A stretch of 63,273 bases of DNA, counting the filler, from Basidiobolus ranarum (lineage: Eukaryota): the NCBI GenBank assembly GCA_040143965.1. It is 37 parts of 37 records of this genome, joined end to end, with 100 filler letters (N's around TTAATTAATTAA, not from the genome) between each part and the next. Parts side by side here need not be neighbours in the genome. Positions count along the whole stretch, not along the records: positions 49,719 to 51,327 come from JASJQH010011601.1; positions 51,428 to 53,035 come from JASJQH010011602.1; positions 53,136 to 54,742 come from JASJQH010011603.1; positions 54,843 to 56,449 come from JASJQH010011604.1; positions 56,550 to 58,156 come from JASJQH010011605.1; positions 58,257 to 59,862 come from JASJQH010011606.1; positions 59,963 to 61,568 come from JASJQH010011607.1; 30 more parts are not named here. One strand, given 5' to 3'. Shown here piece by piece: positions 49,719 to 61,668 of this stretch (position 1 is the first letter of the stretch; every line of letters starts with the position of its first letter). Under the pieces are notes generated by a model. It was given only the letters and a program-made list of their open reading frames with translations, made no database searches and was not told the origin of the DNA. The translations under genes were made by a program, and so were the position numbers.

Positions 49719-50111
49719 GATGTTGCAAAGGAGGTCTTTGTTGGAGATATTGATACCAACTTGGGTGGATATGAGCTTAACTATGGGTGTGAAGAACTCT
49801 ATAAAAATATTCAGCAGAATATATCAAAGAAACTAGGGATTTCAAAAGTGACAAATTAACATTCAAGTAGTAAATGTGTACTGTTTGAGTTATGTTTTTT
49901 GCACATGTGTTGATCCATAGTTTTCTGAGATTGTAGACAATCATGTTCAACTATTCTGCAAGATTTTCAAAGTTCACTCCTAAAACTGAAAAAATTAATT
50001 AAAATCAAATCTAACTTTCTGATTTCATGATGGTAAATAAACAGTCAATCCTAAATGAAATAAAATTTTGATGGTTTTCTTATAATATCTATTCTCAAAT
50101 TTTTGTTAGGG
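49719..50111 (-). mobile_element. CMC/CACTA left end
   Basis: ...ATTCTCAAATTTTTGTTAGGG terminus at 50111. Confidence 0.8.
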
Positions 50112-51327
50112 ACTCATCATCAGCAAGATTTGTTGAAACTGCTATGAAGCCAATATCCATAGACAGTGTTGTTGAAGAGCTGAAACCAACAAAACCTATA
50201 GTCTCTAAATTGCCACCCAAATACTCAGCTTTGTGGATGTTTTCGACAAGAAGAAATTTGACATACTCTCAACTCACTGTCCTTATGATTGGTCTATAGA
50301 TTGGCAATTTGGAAAATAACCACTATTTTGGCCTAAATAAGGATTGACCCTGCCAGAACTTGCCATTCTGAAAGAGTATATAGCAGAAAATTTGGGGAAA
50401 GGATTTATATAACATTAAAAGTCTCCAGCAGGCTCTCCAATCTTATTTCTTAAGAAAAGGATGGATCCCTCTGTCTCTGTGTGGATTATTGAAGCTTAAA
50501 AAGCAATACAGTCAAAAATTAATACCCCTTGCCATTGATTAACTGACTTTTAGATCAGCTTGCTGTGGCTGAGGTATTTACAACAATTAATTCTACAAGT
50601 TATTATAATCTTGAAAGAAGCAAACCAGGAGACCAATGGGAAGATGCCTTTCAAACTTGCCACAGACTCTTGGAATAGAATGTCAAGCTATTTATAGTTA
50701 CAATTGCTCCTGCAGTTTTCCAGCACATGAGGTATGATATCTTCAGAGAGTATCTTGACCAGTTTGTGGTAATCTACCTTTATGATAACTTGATTGTCTC
50801 AAACTGCCAAGAAGAACACAATGTTCAGGTTTCCCAAGTCCTGGAAAAGTTGAAAACCAGTGGTCTCTATGCTAAACTTGTGAAATGTGAATTTAATCAA
50901 ACGCATGTTGACTTCCTTGGATATAAAATCAGCCCATCATGCATTTCCATTGACCCCAATAAAGAACTCATATTTGACTGCAACCTTTCTTGCCAAGAAG
51001 CATTTGTAACTTTAAAGTATGCTTCAACCTCAGCACTAATCTTTGCACACCCCAAAGCAGACAAACCATTCATTGTTGAAGCTGATGCATCTGACTTTGC
51101 TCTAGGAGTAGAACTATCACTGTGTGGCAATGACAAGTTACTGCACCCTATGGCCTTTTACCTGAGATAGTTCTCTGCAGCAGAAATCAGCAAAGTCATT
51201 TATGACAAGGAACTGTTGGTAATTATTGCTGTGTTTGAACAAAGGCAACAATACTTGAATGGAACAAATCACACAATTACAGTCTGTTGTGATGATATGA
51301 CTCTTCAGTCCTTTAGTATAGCCAAAG
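50112..51327 (+). mobile_element. Ty3/Gypsy RT-RNase H, degenerate
   Basis: SPAGSPILF, LCVDY, YPLPLI, VVIYLYDNLI (decayed YLDD), FIVEADASDFALG, YDKELL. Confidence 0.93.
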
Positions 51328-51427
51328 NNNNNNNNNNNNNNNNNNNNNNNNNNNNNNNNNNNNNNNNNNNNTTAATTAATTAANNNNNNNNNNNNNNNNN
51401 NNNNNNNNNNNNNNNNNNNNNNNNNNN

Positions 51428-53035
51428 GTCAACATCTGACCGCAAGTCCTCAGAGTTGTCTGGACTTACTGCTTCAACTGAAGTTGCATTTCTACCTTCA
51501 TCATTCTGGTCATATAGCTGTGGTAACCCTACAGTATCTTCACTTTGGAAGTGTTATCAAAACTTTGAGTCAAAGCACAGTCAGTGGGCTCAAAGGGCAA
51601 AACTAAAGTCAATTTAGTGCACTTATTACTGTTGTCATGCACTAGGCTTTGTGCAGCTAATGGCTTTATACAGTGATTGTGTTTGTGATTATTTGTTGTA
51701 TGAAGCCTCTGGCTTTCATTGCACAAGAATTTGTCACAATAATAGCAGGGCTTGTTTAAATGTTTGTGTTGCAGCATGAGAAAGATATTGTAGAGAAAAG
51801 AGCACCTCCTACATAAGGGTTGAATTTTAGGTATAGCCTATCAAAACCAGCTGCTGATTCTGTGAGTTTGTCACAGATGAGTCATTAGGGGATTTACAAG
51901 ATATTTCTGGTAATCAATGGCAATTCTGGTTAATTATAAGCTGTTTCTAAGCAATTTCATTACACCAAGATTACCATCTGAAAATTTCAATGCCATTCAA
52001 AAAGCATAAAAATCTAGATAAAAATTGGCTTCCAAGCCAAAGCCTGCAGGCACAAAAGGAAAAAAATCAGCAAGAACAGAAGACTTAATAGATGCGCAGT
52101 CTAGCAATCCACCATCCACTTTGGAAGGCATTAAAATGCCAGAAACTAACTCAAGTAATGATGAAGCGTTAATCAATTTACCAGATGTGTTGCCTTCCAG
52201 CAATAGTGCAAGTAAAGAGATTGTAATCCCCAATTATGTAGTAAATGAATAGTTGAGTAAAGTTCAACCAAAACATTGTCAAGACCATCAACTTCCCAAA
52301 TAGCTACTTTGCCCACTATTGAACAACCCTTGATAGAAAATTTGAATAGAATTATGACAACAGGGGAATTGCAGGCAGAACACCATTATGATTTGTATGC
52401 ACTCATAAGTAAAAACTACAAAGTTGCTATACAGGCCATGACAAGTAATAATGCCGCAATATTGCAATTAATGTAGCTTTCAGAAGCAACCAGTCAACAG
52501 GTAGAGAGTCATCTAACAATGATACAAAACCTTTATAATGCTGTACTTGAGCTACGGCAACATGTTGCTCCCTGCATCCATTATCATATGGGATTTCAGC
52601 CAATCCCACACCATACATATGAAGGTCACTGTGACAATCTATCAGAGCAGAATTTGCATCTGACCATTAAGCCTACAAAACAAGCTGAAATTGCTTGGGC
52701 ACATGAAAGCAGAAATCTCATAAGAAAACCAGAAAACCAAAAGACTCTGATTGTCAGAGGTGCCATCACCGCTCTGATGATGAGTGGTTTAACATTTTTG
52801 AAACTGTGTGGAATCTTGCCCACAATCACCTGGATTTGAGCCAATCATGGGAAAACCTAAAAACAGGTGTTACTTGGAAGGTTCTTGACTTATTTCATGT
52901 GGCTTATCCTGGGTTTTTGCAAGCAAATGGCTATTGGGCTAATATAGGCCTATTGATGAAACATCTCTAAAATTTACACCATTATCAACTTGAAAGTGAA
53001 AGAAATGCAGCTAAAGAAGTACTCAAGGAGCAGGA
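51428..53035. mobile_element. CMC/CACTA central region: transposase N-terminus (minus, 51428-51777) head-to-head with ORF2 (plus, 52025-53035)
   Basis: MLQHKHLNKPCYYCDKFLC leads into sequence continuous with the transposase in other contigs; the same divergent junction occurs at 57530-57885. Confidence 0.8.
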
Positions 53036-53135
53036 NNNNNNNNNNNNNNNNNNNNNNNNNNNNNNNNNNNNNNNNNNNNTTAATTAATTAANNNNNNNNN
53101 NNNNNNNNNNNNNNNNNNNNNNNNNNNNNNNNNNN

Positions 53136-54742
53136 ATATGAACTAAACTTTGCTACAGCAGCAAAAGTTTCTTTATGATCAATTCCTGGTGTTTGGGAAT
53201 AGCCGTTGGCTACCAGTCTACTCTTGTACCACTCTATATTGCCATCAGAGTTGTATTTAACTTCAAACACCCATTGGCAGCCAATTGATTTTCTATCATT
53301 AGGTAAGTTGGTTAAAATCCAAGTTTGATTGTCAACCAAAGCCTGGTACTGTGCTGGCATATGTTCAACTTTGGGACACATTAATATGGCAATCAGGGCT
53401 ATTTCCTATCCAATTTGACATCCTAGTTTGGGGTAAAGGTATTATAACTTCTGGCATTGTATAGGGCACTTTAGTAGGAAATATTTTGGTTGAAGGGTCC
53501 ACAGGAATGCTACTTACTTCATTGTTTTAGTTTGAATCAATTTGAATGATTGGATCAGGAGAAAATTGATTTTTGTTAACATCTGAGGTTAATTTGTGTG
53601 AAATAGTTTCATTTTCATTAAACAAGACATCCCTGGACCTGATTAACTTTAGATTTTTGGTACCACAGAGACTGTAGGCCTTTGTTTGAGTACAACAACC
53701 CCAAAATATGCATTTCTTACTCCTTGGATCAAATTTAGACTAACTTTTGGTCATGATATTGACATGGGCAATGCATCCAAAGATCCTCAAACATTTTACA
53801 TCAGGTTTAACTCCAAACCAAGCTTCATAAGGTGCAGAGTTAGACAGGGTTCTAGTAAAACTCCTATTCTTCAGATATACAGCTGTAGCAACAGATTCCA
53901 CCCAAAAATTATGAGATACATTTTGTGCATTTATCATATATCTTGCCATTTCTATTATAGTCCTGTTGGCTCTTTCAGCAACTCCATCTTGTTGAGGTGA
54001 GTAGGGGATAGTGGTTTCTTACTTAATTCCATGAACTTTGCAAAAGGGCTTAAGTAGTGTTGAGGTATACTCTCCACCATTTTCAATATGTATTTTCTTG
54101 ATGTTAGTTCCAGTTTTGGTCTCCACAAGTGTCTCAAAGTCTCTAAACACAGGGAGAGCTTCTTCTTTTTTTTCCATCAAGTAGACCCAAACTTATCTTA
54201 TATAATCATTAATAAATGTGATCAAATATCTTTTTCTGCCTAAAGACAAAGTTTGCATAGATCCACACAAATCTGTATGAATTAGATCCAATTTTTTGAC
54301 AGATTTGATTAAACTAGAGCTCTTGAACAGGTGCCTGTCTTATTTTCCATATATATACAACTCTCACAAATTTTCACTTTGGTTGGGCGGTTATTCAAAT
54401 TCCAGAAATTAGGCAATTTTTGATCATTTTGCTCAAATGATCAAATCTAATATGGCTAAATCTCTTATGCCATGATTGAATAGTTTCTTGATTGGAGTAA
54501 CATATATTTACATATGCACCTCTTGGATTATATGTAAGTTTGTATAAGTTCCAATTCTTTTCTCCCAAAACTAAATAATTCTCATTTTGAGCAGTGAAAG
54601 TGCATCCTAACTTATCAAATTTGAATTTTAGCCCTTCTGAGGTGGCCTTGGATACAGATATTAAACTCTTCACAATATCTGGAACATGTAGTACTTCCTT
54701 GACAGTATACACTATCTCCTCAGAAGCTCCAGTTAAAATGAC
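53136..54742 (-). mobile_element. Copia pol (pre-integrase, integrase, RT start), same family as 46300-47909
   Basis: WHKRFSH, FWVESVATAVYLKNR, YKSRLVANGYSQTPGID. Confidence 0.93.
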
Positions 54743-55297
54743 NNNNNNNNNNNNNNNNNNNNNNNNNNNNNNNNNNNNNNNNNNNNTTAATTAATTAANN
54801 NNNNNNNNNNNNNNNNNNNNNNNNNNNNNNNNNNNNNNNNNNGATGGAAATTTGGCTCGCCAACTTCCATCAGCTTTTTTAAGGCGTTGGCCAAGACACT
54901 AAAACCTAGCAAAGGCGTTCATAGTAGTGGATTTATCGGTGTCCCTCCTGCGACTACCGACTGGGGCGCAAGAAGCCTCATTGGTTCCAGTGGATTTTTT
55001 GGCAAGTTATATTTTGATGCGAAAAGCCTATCTGTCCAATCACTTGATATCGAGGTGGCCTTAATTTAATATAGAAACAAGTCAGAGTCTGATGTGTCAC
55101 TATAGTTGTCTATTTTACGTAAACCCGATAAGGATGGTCCGAGGATCGATGCCTACGAAGAGGGGCGAGTCACCTCTCGAAATGTATAAATATAGAAGAT
55201 GGGTCTTCCATCCGTTCCCCAATAACGATCCTACCGTAAACTTTCGTTCAGCTCAACATACTCTTTAATCCACCTAAAAGCGACAACAACATCAACA

Positions 55298-55573
55298 ATG
55301 CAGGTCATTCCTCACGCCTTTGAAGAGATAGTCGGTAAAATTGACGAAAAATCCTTCATATTATATCAAGCGAACCATAGTCCTTTATCTCCCCCCGAAA
55401 GTGTTTGCGATGATTCAGACTCTGAGGTGGAGTTTGAAGAGGAAGAGCGCGACCCACCATTTAATCATAAAACTGATCCACGTGTTCGTGAATACCATAC
55501 GAGATTGCACAAACGGTACAATGGCATGCTCACCTATCTTCACAAGCGAGTTAGCTCCTCATACTGGAAATAG
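55298..55573 (+). CDS. Hypothetical 91-aa protein with an acidic central tract
   Basis: TATAAATA at 55185, CAA-rich leader ending ACAATG, CpG retained; no family recognised. Confidence 0.5.
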   Translation: MQVIPHAFEEIVGKIDEKSFILYQANHSPLSPPESVCDDSDSEVEFEEEERDPPFNHKTDPRVREYHTRLHKRYNGMLTYLHKRVSSSYWK

Positions 55574-56549
55574 TCAGCTCCTTATTACCCGCATACCCAC
55601 TTCTGTTCCCTCAATTTTGCTTTGAACCGGGGAAGAGTGGTACTATTCACATACTGACTTTTGGTCTCCGGGCTGCAATTTTATCGCATACAGCCATCTA
55701 GCCAACTCATCTCGCTATGAAGCAAGTCCTCCAGCGCATGGTTCGCAATTAATTTCTAAAATCTTTGACTAGATTTTCCTTCTCAACGCATGAACTCATA
55801 TCTAAGTCCTTATCCACTGCATCTCTGTTATCCCGCTTATTGAATTCACTCCACTTGTGCAATATGATTTCCCATGACCCTTGTAGGGCCGTAAAACAAC
55901 CTTTGTAAATAAATAAATCACTCTCTATTTGATAACCATATCCTGTTGACGCTCACTGCTCATCTCCAATCACAGAGTCTACGAATTGGTAATTGATTTG
56001 TTGATAATTAACAGATAAATTAAACGAGGAAGAACTTGAATATGTGATGCGGTGGAAGTTGCTATTTTACGAGATACATGGAATAATAGTATCATCTTTG
56101 ACTAGTGGCACTCAATTGCATACATTTAGTGGAAAGCTGGTGACGAATTGGTAAACAAGGTTATAAATAGGAAAGTTATATAGAAGTTATTTTTACTAAA
56201 TAAAATATAAAGCCAACAGTTTACATTTCCCAATGCGGTACATTCTTGGTGAAACCATTTTTCTTGGGGTTAATGGGTAATACATCTCAATTCATACATG
56301 TTATATTAAAGTTGGAATTAAGGACACATCAGATCATCCATGCTCTTTTTTTACGGAAGCGTGAAATTCTCATTAAAAGTAAATGGGAGTATTATTCACT
56401 TAACCAGGAAAGCACTAAAGGAAAAGAAGCCCCGGAAGCTTCTGGCAAANNNNNNNNNNNNNNNNNNNNNNNNNNNNNNNNNNNNNNNNNNNNTTAATTA
56501 ATTAANNNNNNNNNNNNNNNNNNNNNNNNNNNNNNNNNNNNNNNNNNNN

Positions 56550-58156
56550 GGATTTGGATAGTAGTAAGGCATATGCCTGATAGAGTAGACTCCATAGATT
56601 TGACAAAATTTACAGCAAGATAATGCATTGGGCCTACAAAAGCCTCCAAGTTTACTGATCACAGGAGTGTCACCAATACATACAAAGATATTTGCTTTAA
56701 TAAAATATTCACCCATCTGCATCCCATTAGATAACTAATCAAATTCCAATATCAGAGGCTCCAAGAACCTATCAATTAGCACTTGTGATTTAGGTCTAGA
56801 TATAATGGATATTTTCAAAATATTATGACTTTTATACTGTTTGGAAGGAGGAAGATTTAAGTTGTTTAAAATTACTGGCCAGCAAGCCTTTCCAAATGGT
56901 ATATTTGTTTAGTTAGAAACCATGCAGAGCCAATGCAAATGCATGATCATACATGTTCTTAAAGAAACCTTTGCTATTCAGTTTCTGGTGGTGATATCCA
57001 TCATGTATATTGTTAAGACCATCAGCTTTATGGTGAGTACTTTGGCATTGGATCAATGGTCTATATCAGGGTGTTTTCATCAAGATTTAAGACAGGGAAT
57101 CAATGGTATGCATGCCAAACATGAATGTTATTTACCTGATTCAGCAATTGCTAATTGTGTCAAAACATTACATGACTTCAGGTTTTTCAGATCACCTGTA
57201 AAGCTAAACAACCATTTGGACATGAAGGTAGTTTAATTACCAAAAAATTATAAGTCATACAATTGACAAGTGTGAGAAAACCAACAAACACCTGGTTGCT
57301 AAGATTGGATTGAACTATCCACCCCTCAATAATCAAAGCTGCTGCCTTTACTGTAAGTGTTTTGAGTTGACCAATGCTTGCTAATAACAGAGAGCCTGGA
57401 ACAAAACCCTTATCTTCTTCTTCAACATCTGATATACTAGCATCAGGACTGGAATAACCAAGGTCAACATCTAGCAGCATGAATTTGTGACAATAACAGC
57501 AGGGCTTCTTTAAATTTTTGTGTGGTGGCATGGGAAGGATATTATGGAAAAACAAACGCCTCCTGGGTGAGGGTGGTATTACAGATATAGCACATGAATA
57601 TCATCAGCTGATTCTGAGACAATGTAACTGATGAGTCATCCAGGAATTTACAAGATAATTCTGGTAATGGATGCAATTTTGGTTCATTGTAAGCTGTTTC
57701 TAAGCAATTTCATTACACCAAGTTTACCATCCAAAAATTTCAATGCCATTCAAAAGCATTCAAAATCTAAATCAAATTTTGCTTCCAAGCAAAAGCTGGC
57801 AGGTATGAAAGGAAAGGAACCGGCAAGAACAGAGGACCTCATTAATGAGTAGCTTAGCAATCTACTATCCACTTTGGAAAGCATTCCCAACAGAAATTTG
57901 AGGATTGTTATTGTAGGAAAACTGTCACAATTTTAATCCATTTGGGATTGACCATTTACTTACTGTCATAAAATTGTCAAGTTAGATTTGATTTTAATCA
58001 ATTTTTTCAGTTTCAGGAGTGAAACTTCAAGATCTCACAAAATAATTGCAAATGATTGGCTAAAATCTCAGAGAACTATGGATCAACACATGTGCAAAAA
58101 ACATAACTCAAATTTTACACAATTACCACTTGAATGCTAATTTGTCACCTTTGAAA
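56550..58156. mobile_element. CMC transposase (minus, deleted), ORF2 start (plus), and an inserted CMC left end from ~57885
   Basis: IGDTPVISKLGGF...CCKFC; MPPHKNLKKPCCYC; TCCCAACAGAAATTTGAGGATTG. Confidence 0.85.
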
Positions 58157-59117
58157 NNNNNNNNNNNNNNNNNNNNNNNNNNNNNNNNNNNNNNNNNNNN
58201 TTAATTAATTAANNNNNNNNNNNNNNNNNNNNNNNNNNNNNNNNNNNNNNNNNNNNCAATGATCTCAACACGATCATTTTGCCATACACCAACACAAGAG
58301 TATGTGGTGCCTAAATCAATTCCGACAGCTTTAGACATTTGTTGTAGATTTTATCGTGTATATATATGGTCAGGAGTATTCTATGAAACAAGTATGATTT
58401 GAATATTCGTAGTCAGGATTTACCTCTTTTTATAATGTAATTCATAAATAGGATGAATATTCTCGATAATTCTAGCATAAATAACGTGAACATTCTCATA
58501 AATTCTAGTGTCTTCCTTGTGATTGATTATTTTGGAACATCTTCCGTTTAGGGATGGATGGTTAATTTTTATCTATCGGGTTCTTTGTGGAATAAATCAG
58601 CCCACAAATGATGTAAACTACTCTTTTACACCATAGATTATGTAAATGAATGATAGTTCCACTAAGTATATTATTCAGTGTCTCTTGAATAAAAGTTAGG
58701 TATTGTAGTGCCATTGAATAATATCATTGTTACGTATGTTTGTTGATCGATCATTATGCAAGTATATATATATAGGTATATTTCAAATTTGGAATTCAGA
58801 AATAACATTCATTTGTTATGATTAGAAATCAATATAATCTGAGATAACGGTTAGGGCCGTAATTCTATTTTATTCACGTCGCTTGTTTGATTTTTTTATT
58901 ACTAAGCACTTGAGAAGTGCGCTTGCTTGAAATCTCAATGTTGATAAGATTGAAAGAGAGATATTCGTTTTAGAAAGTTGACTTCCAAATCAGTTGAAAA
59001 GGCTATTAACTAGTTAATTGACTGTTGTAACATTATTAATGTTGTAATGAGATAACTAGAGCAATCATTATGTTCGAAATATAAAGGGGGCGTAGCGCTA
59101 GTGAAACCATATTCAAC

Positions 59118-59624
59118 ATGACTATCCAAAAAGGTGACCAGATTCCATACAGTGAGCATTTTACCTCTCTCCCCGAGGAGGGCTCTGATGTTCTCACCCT
59201 TTCAGTTAAAGATTTGTTCGCGGGCAAGAAAGTTGTTCTTTTTGGTCTTCCAGGAGCCTTCACTACCATCTGTAGTAACAAGCACCTTCCTGAGTATGGA
59301 CTTCACTACGATTCATTCAAAGCGAAGGGTATCGATGCCATCTACTGTACCGCTGTAAATGATCCATTTGTGATGCGCGCTTGGTCGCAAAACTATGATA
59401 TCAAGGATAAAGTAGAGGTTATATCTGATGGTGACTGCTCATTCCACAAAAAGATTGGACTGACTCAGGTTATGCCTGGATTGGGAGTGAGATCCTTGCG
59501 ATACAGTATGTATGTCGATGATGGAGTAGTCAAAGTCCTCAACATTGAAGAGCCTGGACCATCAAGCTACAAAATCTCTGGTCCCAATCATATGCTTAAA
59601 GATCTTGAAGAATTAGGTGTCTAG
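59118..59624 (+). CDS. Peroxiredoxin, PRX5/type II (Redoxin family)
   Basis: GKKVVLFGLPGAFTTICSNKHLP with peroxidatic Cys, VNDPFVMRAW, RSLRYSMYVDDGVV; TATAAA at 59080; complete, 168 aa. Confidence 0.95.
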   Translation: MTIQKGDQIPYSEHFTSLPEEGSDVLTLSVKDLFAGKKVVLFGLPGAFTTICSNKHLPEYGLHYDSFKAKGIDAIYCTAVNDPFVMRAWSQNYDIKDKVEVISDGDCSFHKKIGLTQVMPGLGVRSLRYSMYVDDGVVKVLNIEEPGPSSYKISGPNHMLKDLEELGV

Positions 59625-59962
59625 ATATATTTGCATATATATTGATTTCATATACATTACATTAATAAATATCATTTGTTAACAGCATCTTTCACTCAGC
59701 TCTTCAGCCCTATCTAACTTTTTTTATGAAATTCATATTGTAAGCTGTATATTATCAAAATAGTAAACAGATAATAAACTATGGTAGTGTTTGATTGCAA
59801 TGGAACATTGTATCATGTTTATTCCAAGTATGGAATGTTCAACAATCATGTTGAGACTGTGANNNNNNNNNNNNNNNNNNNNNNNNNNNNNNNNNNNNNN
59901 NNNNNNTTAATTAATTAANNNNNNNNNNNNNNNNNNNNNNNNNNNNNNNNNNNNNNNNNNNN

Positions 59963-61324
59963 GCTTCTTTTGTTGCTTCACAAGCAGCCATGCATTCTGC
60001 TTCTGTTGGTGACAGTGCTATGGTAGGTTGTTTCTATGAATTCCAGGAAATAGCTCTATTACAACAAAGAAATAAGTATCCTGTTATAGATCCTCTGTGT
60101 TCAATATCTCTTCCCAAATTTGCATCTGAATAAACTATCAGATCAAAGTTGGATCCAGAATATGTGTATTTAAGCACAGATCCACAGTATTCTTCAAATA
60201 TTGGAAAATCTACTTAGCTGCTATGATTTGATCAGATCCATAACTTTAAAGATATTGTTGAAATTAGCTTTGCCTAGACACCTATATAGTCATATATAGC
60301 ATAGTACTTAGTTATGTTATTTTGCAATAAGATATTATCCATTATTTTCAATTGGAATTTACTTGGAATATTTACCAACTTAGAAGTTCTCCAATGTTTA
60401 GATTTTTCAAACTTATGCTAGAAGACCCAAGCCTTGCAGGCATGTTCCTGGGACCTTTCTTAACATATTCTACATGTTAGTTTGCTTATATCTTAATAAA
60501 GCTATAGATGTCAACTTTCAACTCAATAAATCAACCAGTGAAAACCACCAATTTCTCTAATTCTCCAAACCACTGCCAACAGGCTCCCAAATACTCTAAC
60601 AGGTTATGAGCCTCAAGCTTACCCTCTCTGTATTGTCCACTTCTCAAATTGATGGAACTTTTCTCTCTTCTGAAAAATCAGATGGAACCAATTATCAAGT
60701 TTGGAAAATAAAAATCAATATATTGCTGCAAGAAAATCAACTTTGGGACACTGTGGTAGGGGAAGAAAACAATGCAAAACTTTCTGAAACCAAAGTTTTA
60801 CTCCAGGTTAAATAAGAACAAAGTGCACATAACACAATTTGTCTTAATGATAAAAACAAATGGTAATTCAATGTTCAAGTGCTAAAACTCCCAAGAATGT
60901 ATGGAAAGCCTTGGAAGACACCTACCAAACATGTTCTGCTGCCAACAAGATGTTTCTCAGAAGACAATTTGTTAACTTCAAGATGAAGTCAGGAGAAAAC
61001 ATTAGATCACTAATTAATAGAGTCACTATTTTAGTGGATGGAATGGAATACATTGGAGTACCTACCACTGATCAAGATATCATAGTTACAGTCCTGAATA
61101 GCCTTCCACATGAGTTCCCAAGCCTAGTAATGGCTCTAGAATCAAGAACTGAAAATTTGACTTTAAATAATGTATTTGGCAGACTTCTGGATGAAAATTT
61201 ATGCAAATTAGGATCCAACCAAAATAATGAAGTCAATGCTTTAATAGGCTATTGGAAACTTTCCTATAAAGGTCAAAAGCACTTTAAGAAGAAAAGTAAC
61301 AGAGTCTGTGATTACTGTAATTAA
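59963..61324. mobile_element. Copia RNase H remnant (minus) with an inserted family C 5' end: LTR (60256-60601), PBS (60602-60613), gag (plus, to ~61320)
   Basis: ALSPTEAEC motif; TGTTGAAATTAGC...TCTAACA + GGTTATGAGCCT; NYQVWKIK, VLNSLP, start of the knuckle CDYC. Confidence 0.9.
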
Positions 61325-61568
61325 CTTGAATCTTCCTCCTTCCAAATGGTATAAGAGTCATAATATTTTGATACTATCCATCATATCTGGACTTAAATCA
61401 CCAGTGAATATAGATAGCTTCTTGGAGCCTTTGATTGCGGAATTTGAATGGTTATCTTGTTAAAGTATTTGGGAGCCTGTTGGAAGTGGTTTGGAGAATT
61501 AGAGGAATTGGTGGTTTCCACTTATTGATTTATTGAGTAGAAAGTTGACATTTATAGTTTTGTCAAGA
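61320..61568. mobile_element. CMC transposase fragment (plus) with LTR-C (minus) inserted at 61458
   Basis: NLNLPPSKWYK...DSFLEPL, then TGTTAAAGTATTTGGGAGCC. Confidence 0.8.
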
Positions 61569-61668
61569 NNNNNNNNNNNNNNNNNNNNNNNNNNNNNNNN
61601 NNNNNNNNNNNNTTAATTAATTAANNNNNNNNNNNNNNNNNNNNNNNNNNNNNNNNNNNNNNNNNNNN

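Larger units (their letters stand above)
1621..61668. other. 36 artificial 100-bp contig spacers (44N-TTAATTAATTAA-44N); window is a concatenation of 37 length-sorted contigs
   Basis: Identical spacer recurs every ~1.71 kb (1621-1720, 3340-3439, 5059-5158 ... 61569-61668); the linker has stops in all six frames; contig lengths never increase, going from 1620 to 1605 bp. Confidence 0.98.

Noticed and set aside
1621..61668. Regularly spaced TTAATTAATTAA motif resembling a CRISPR-like or periodic array
   Set aside because: Artificial linker embedded in N runs; spacing only reflects length-sorted contigs. ORFs running into X...LIN are artefacts, and gene neighbourhoods across spacers are meaningless
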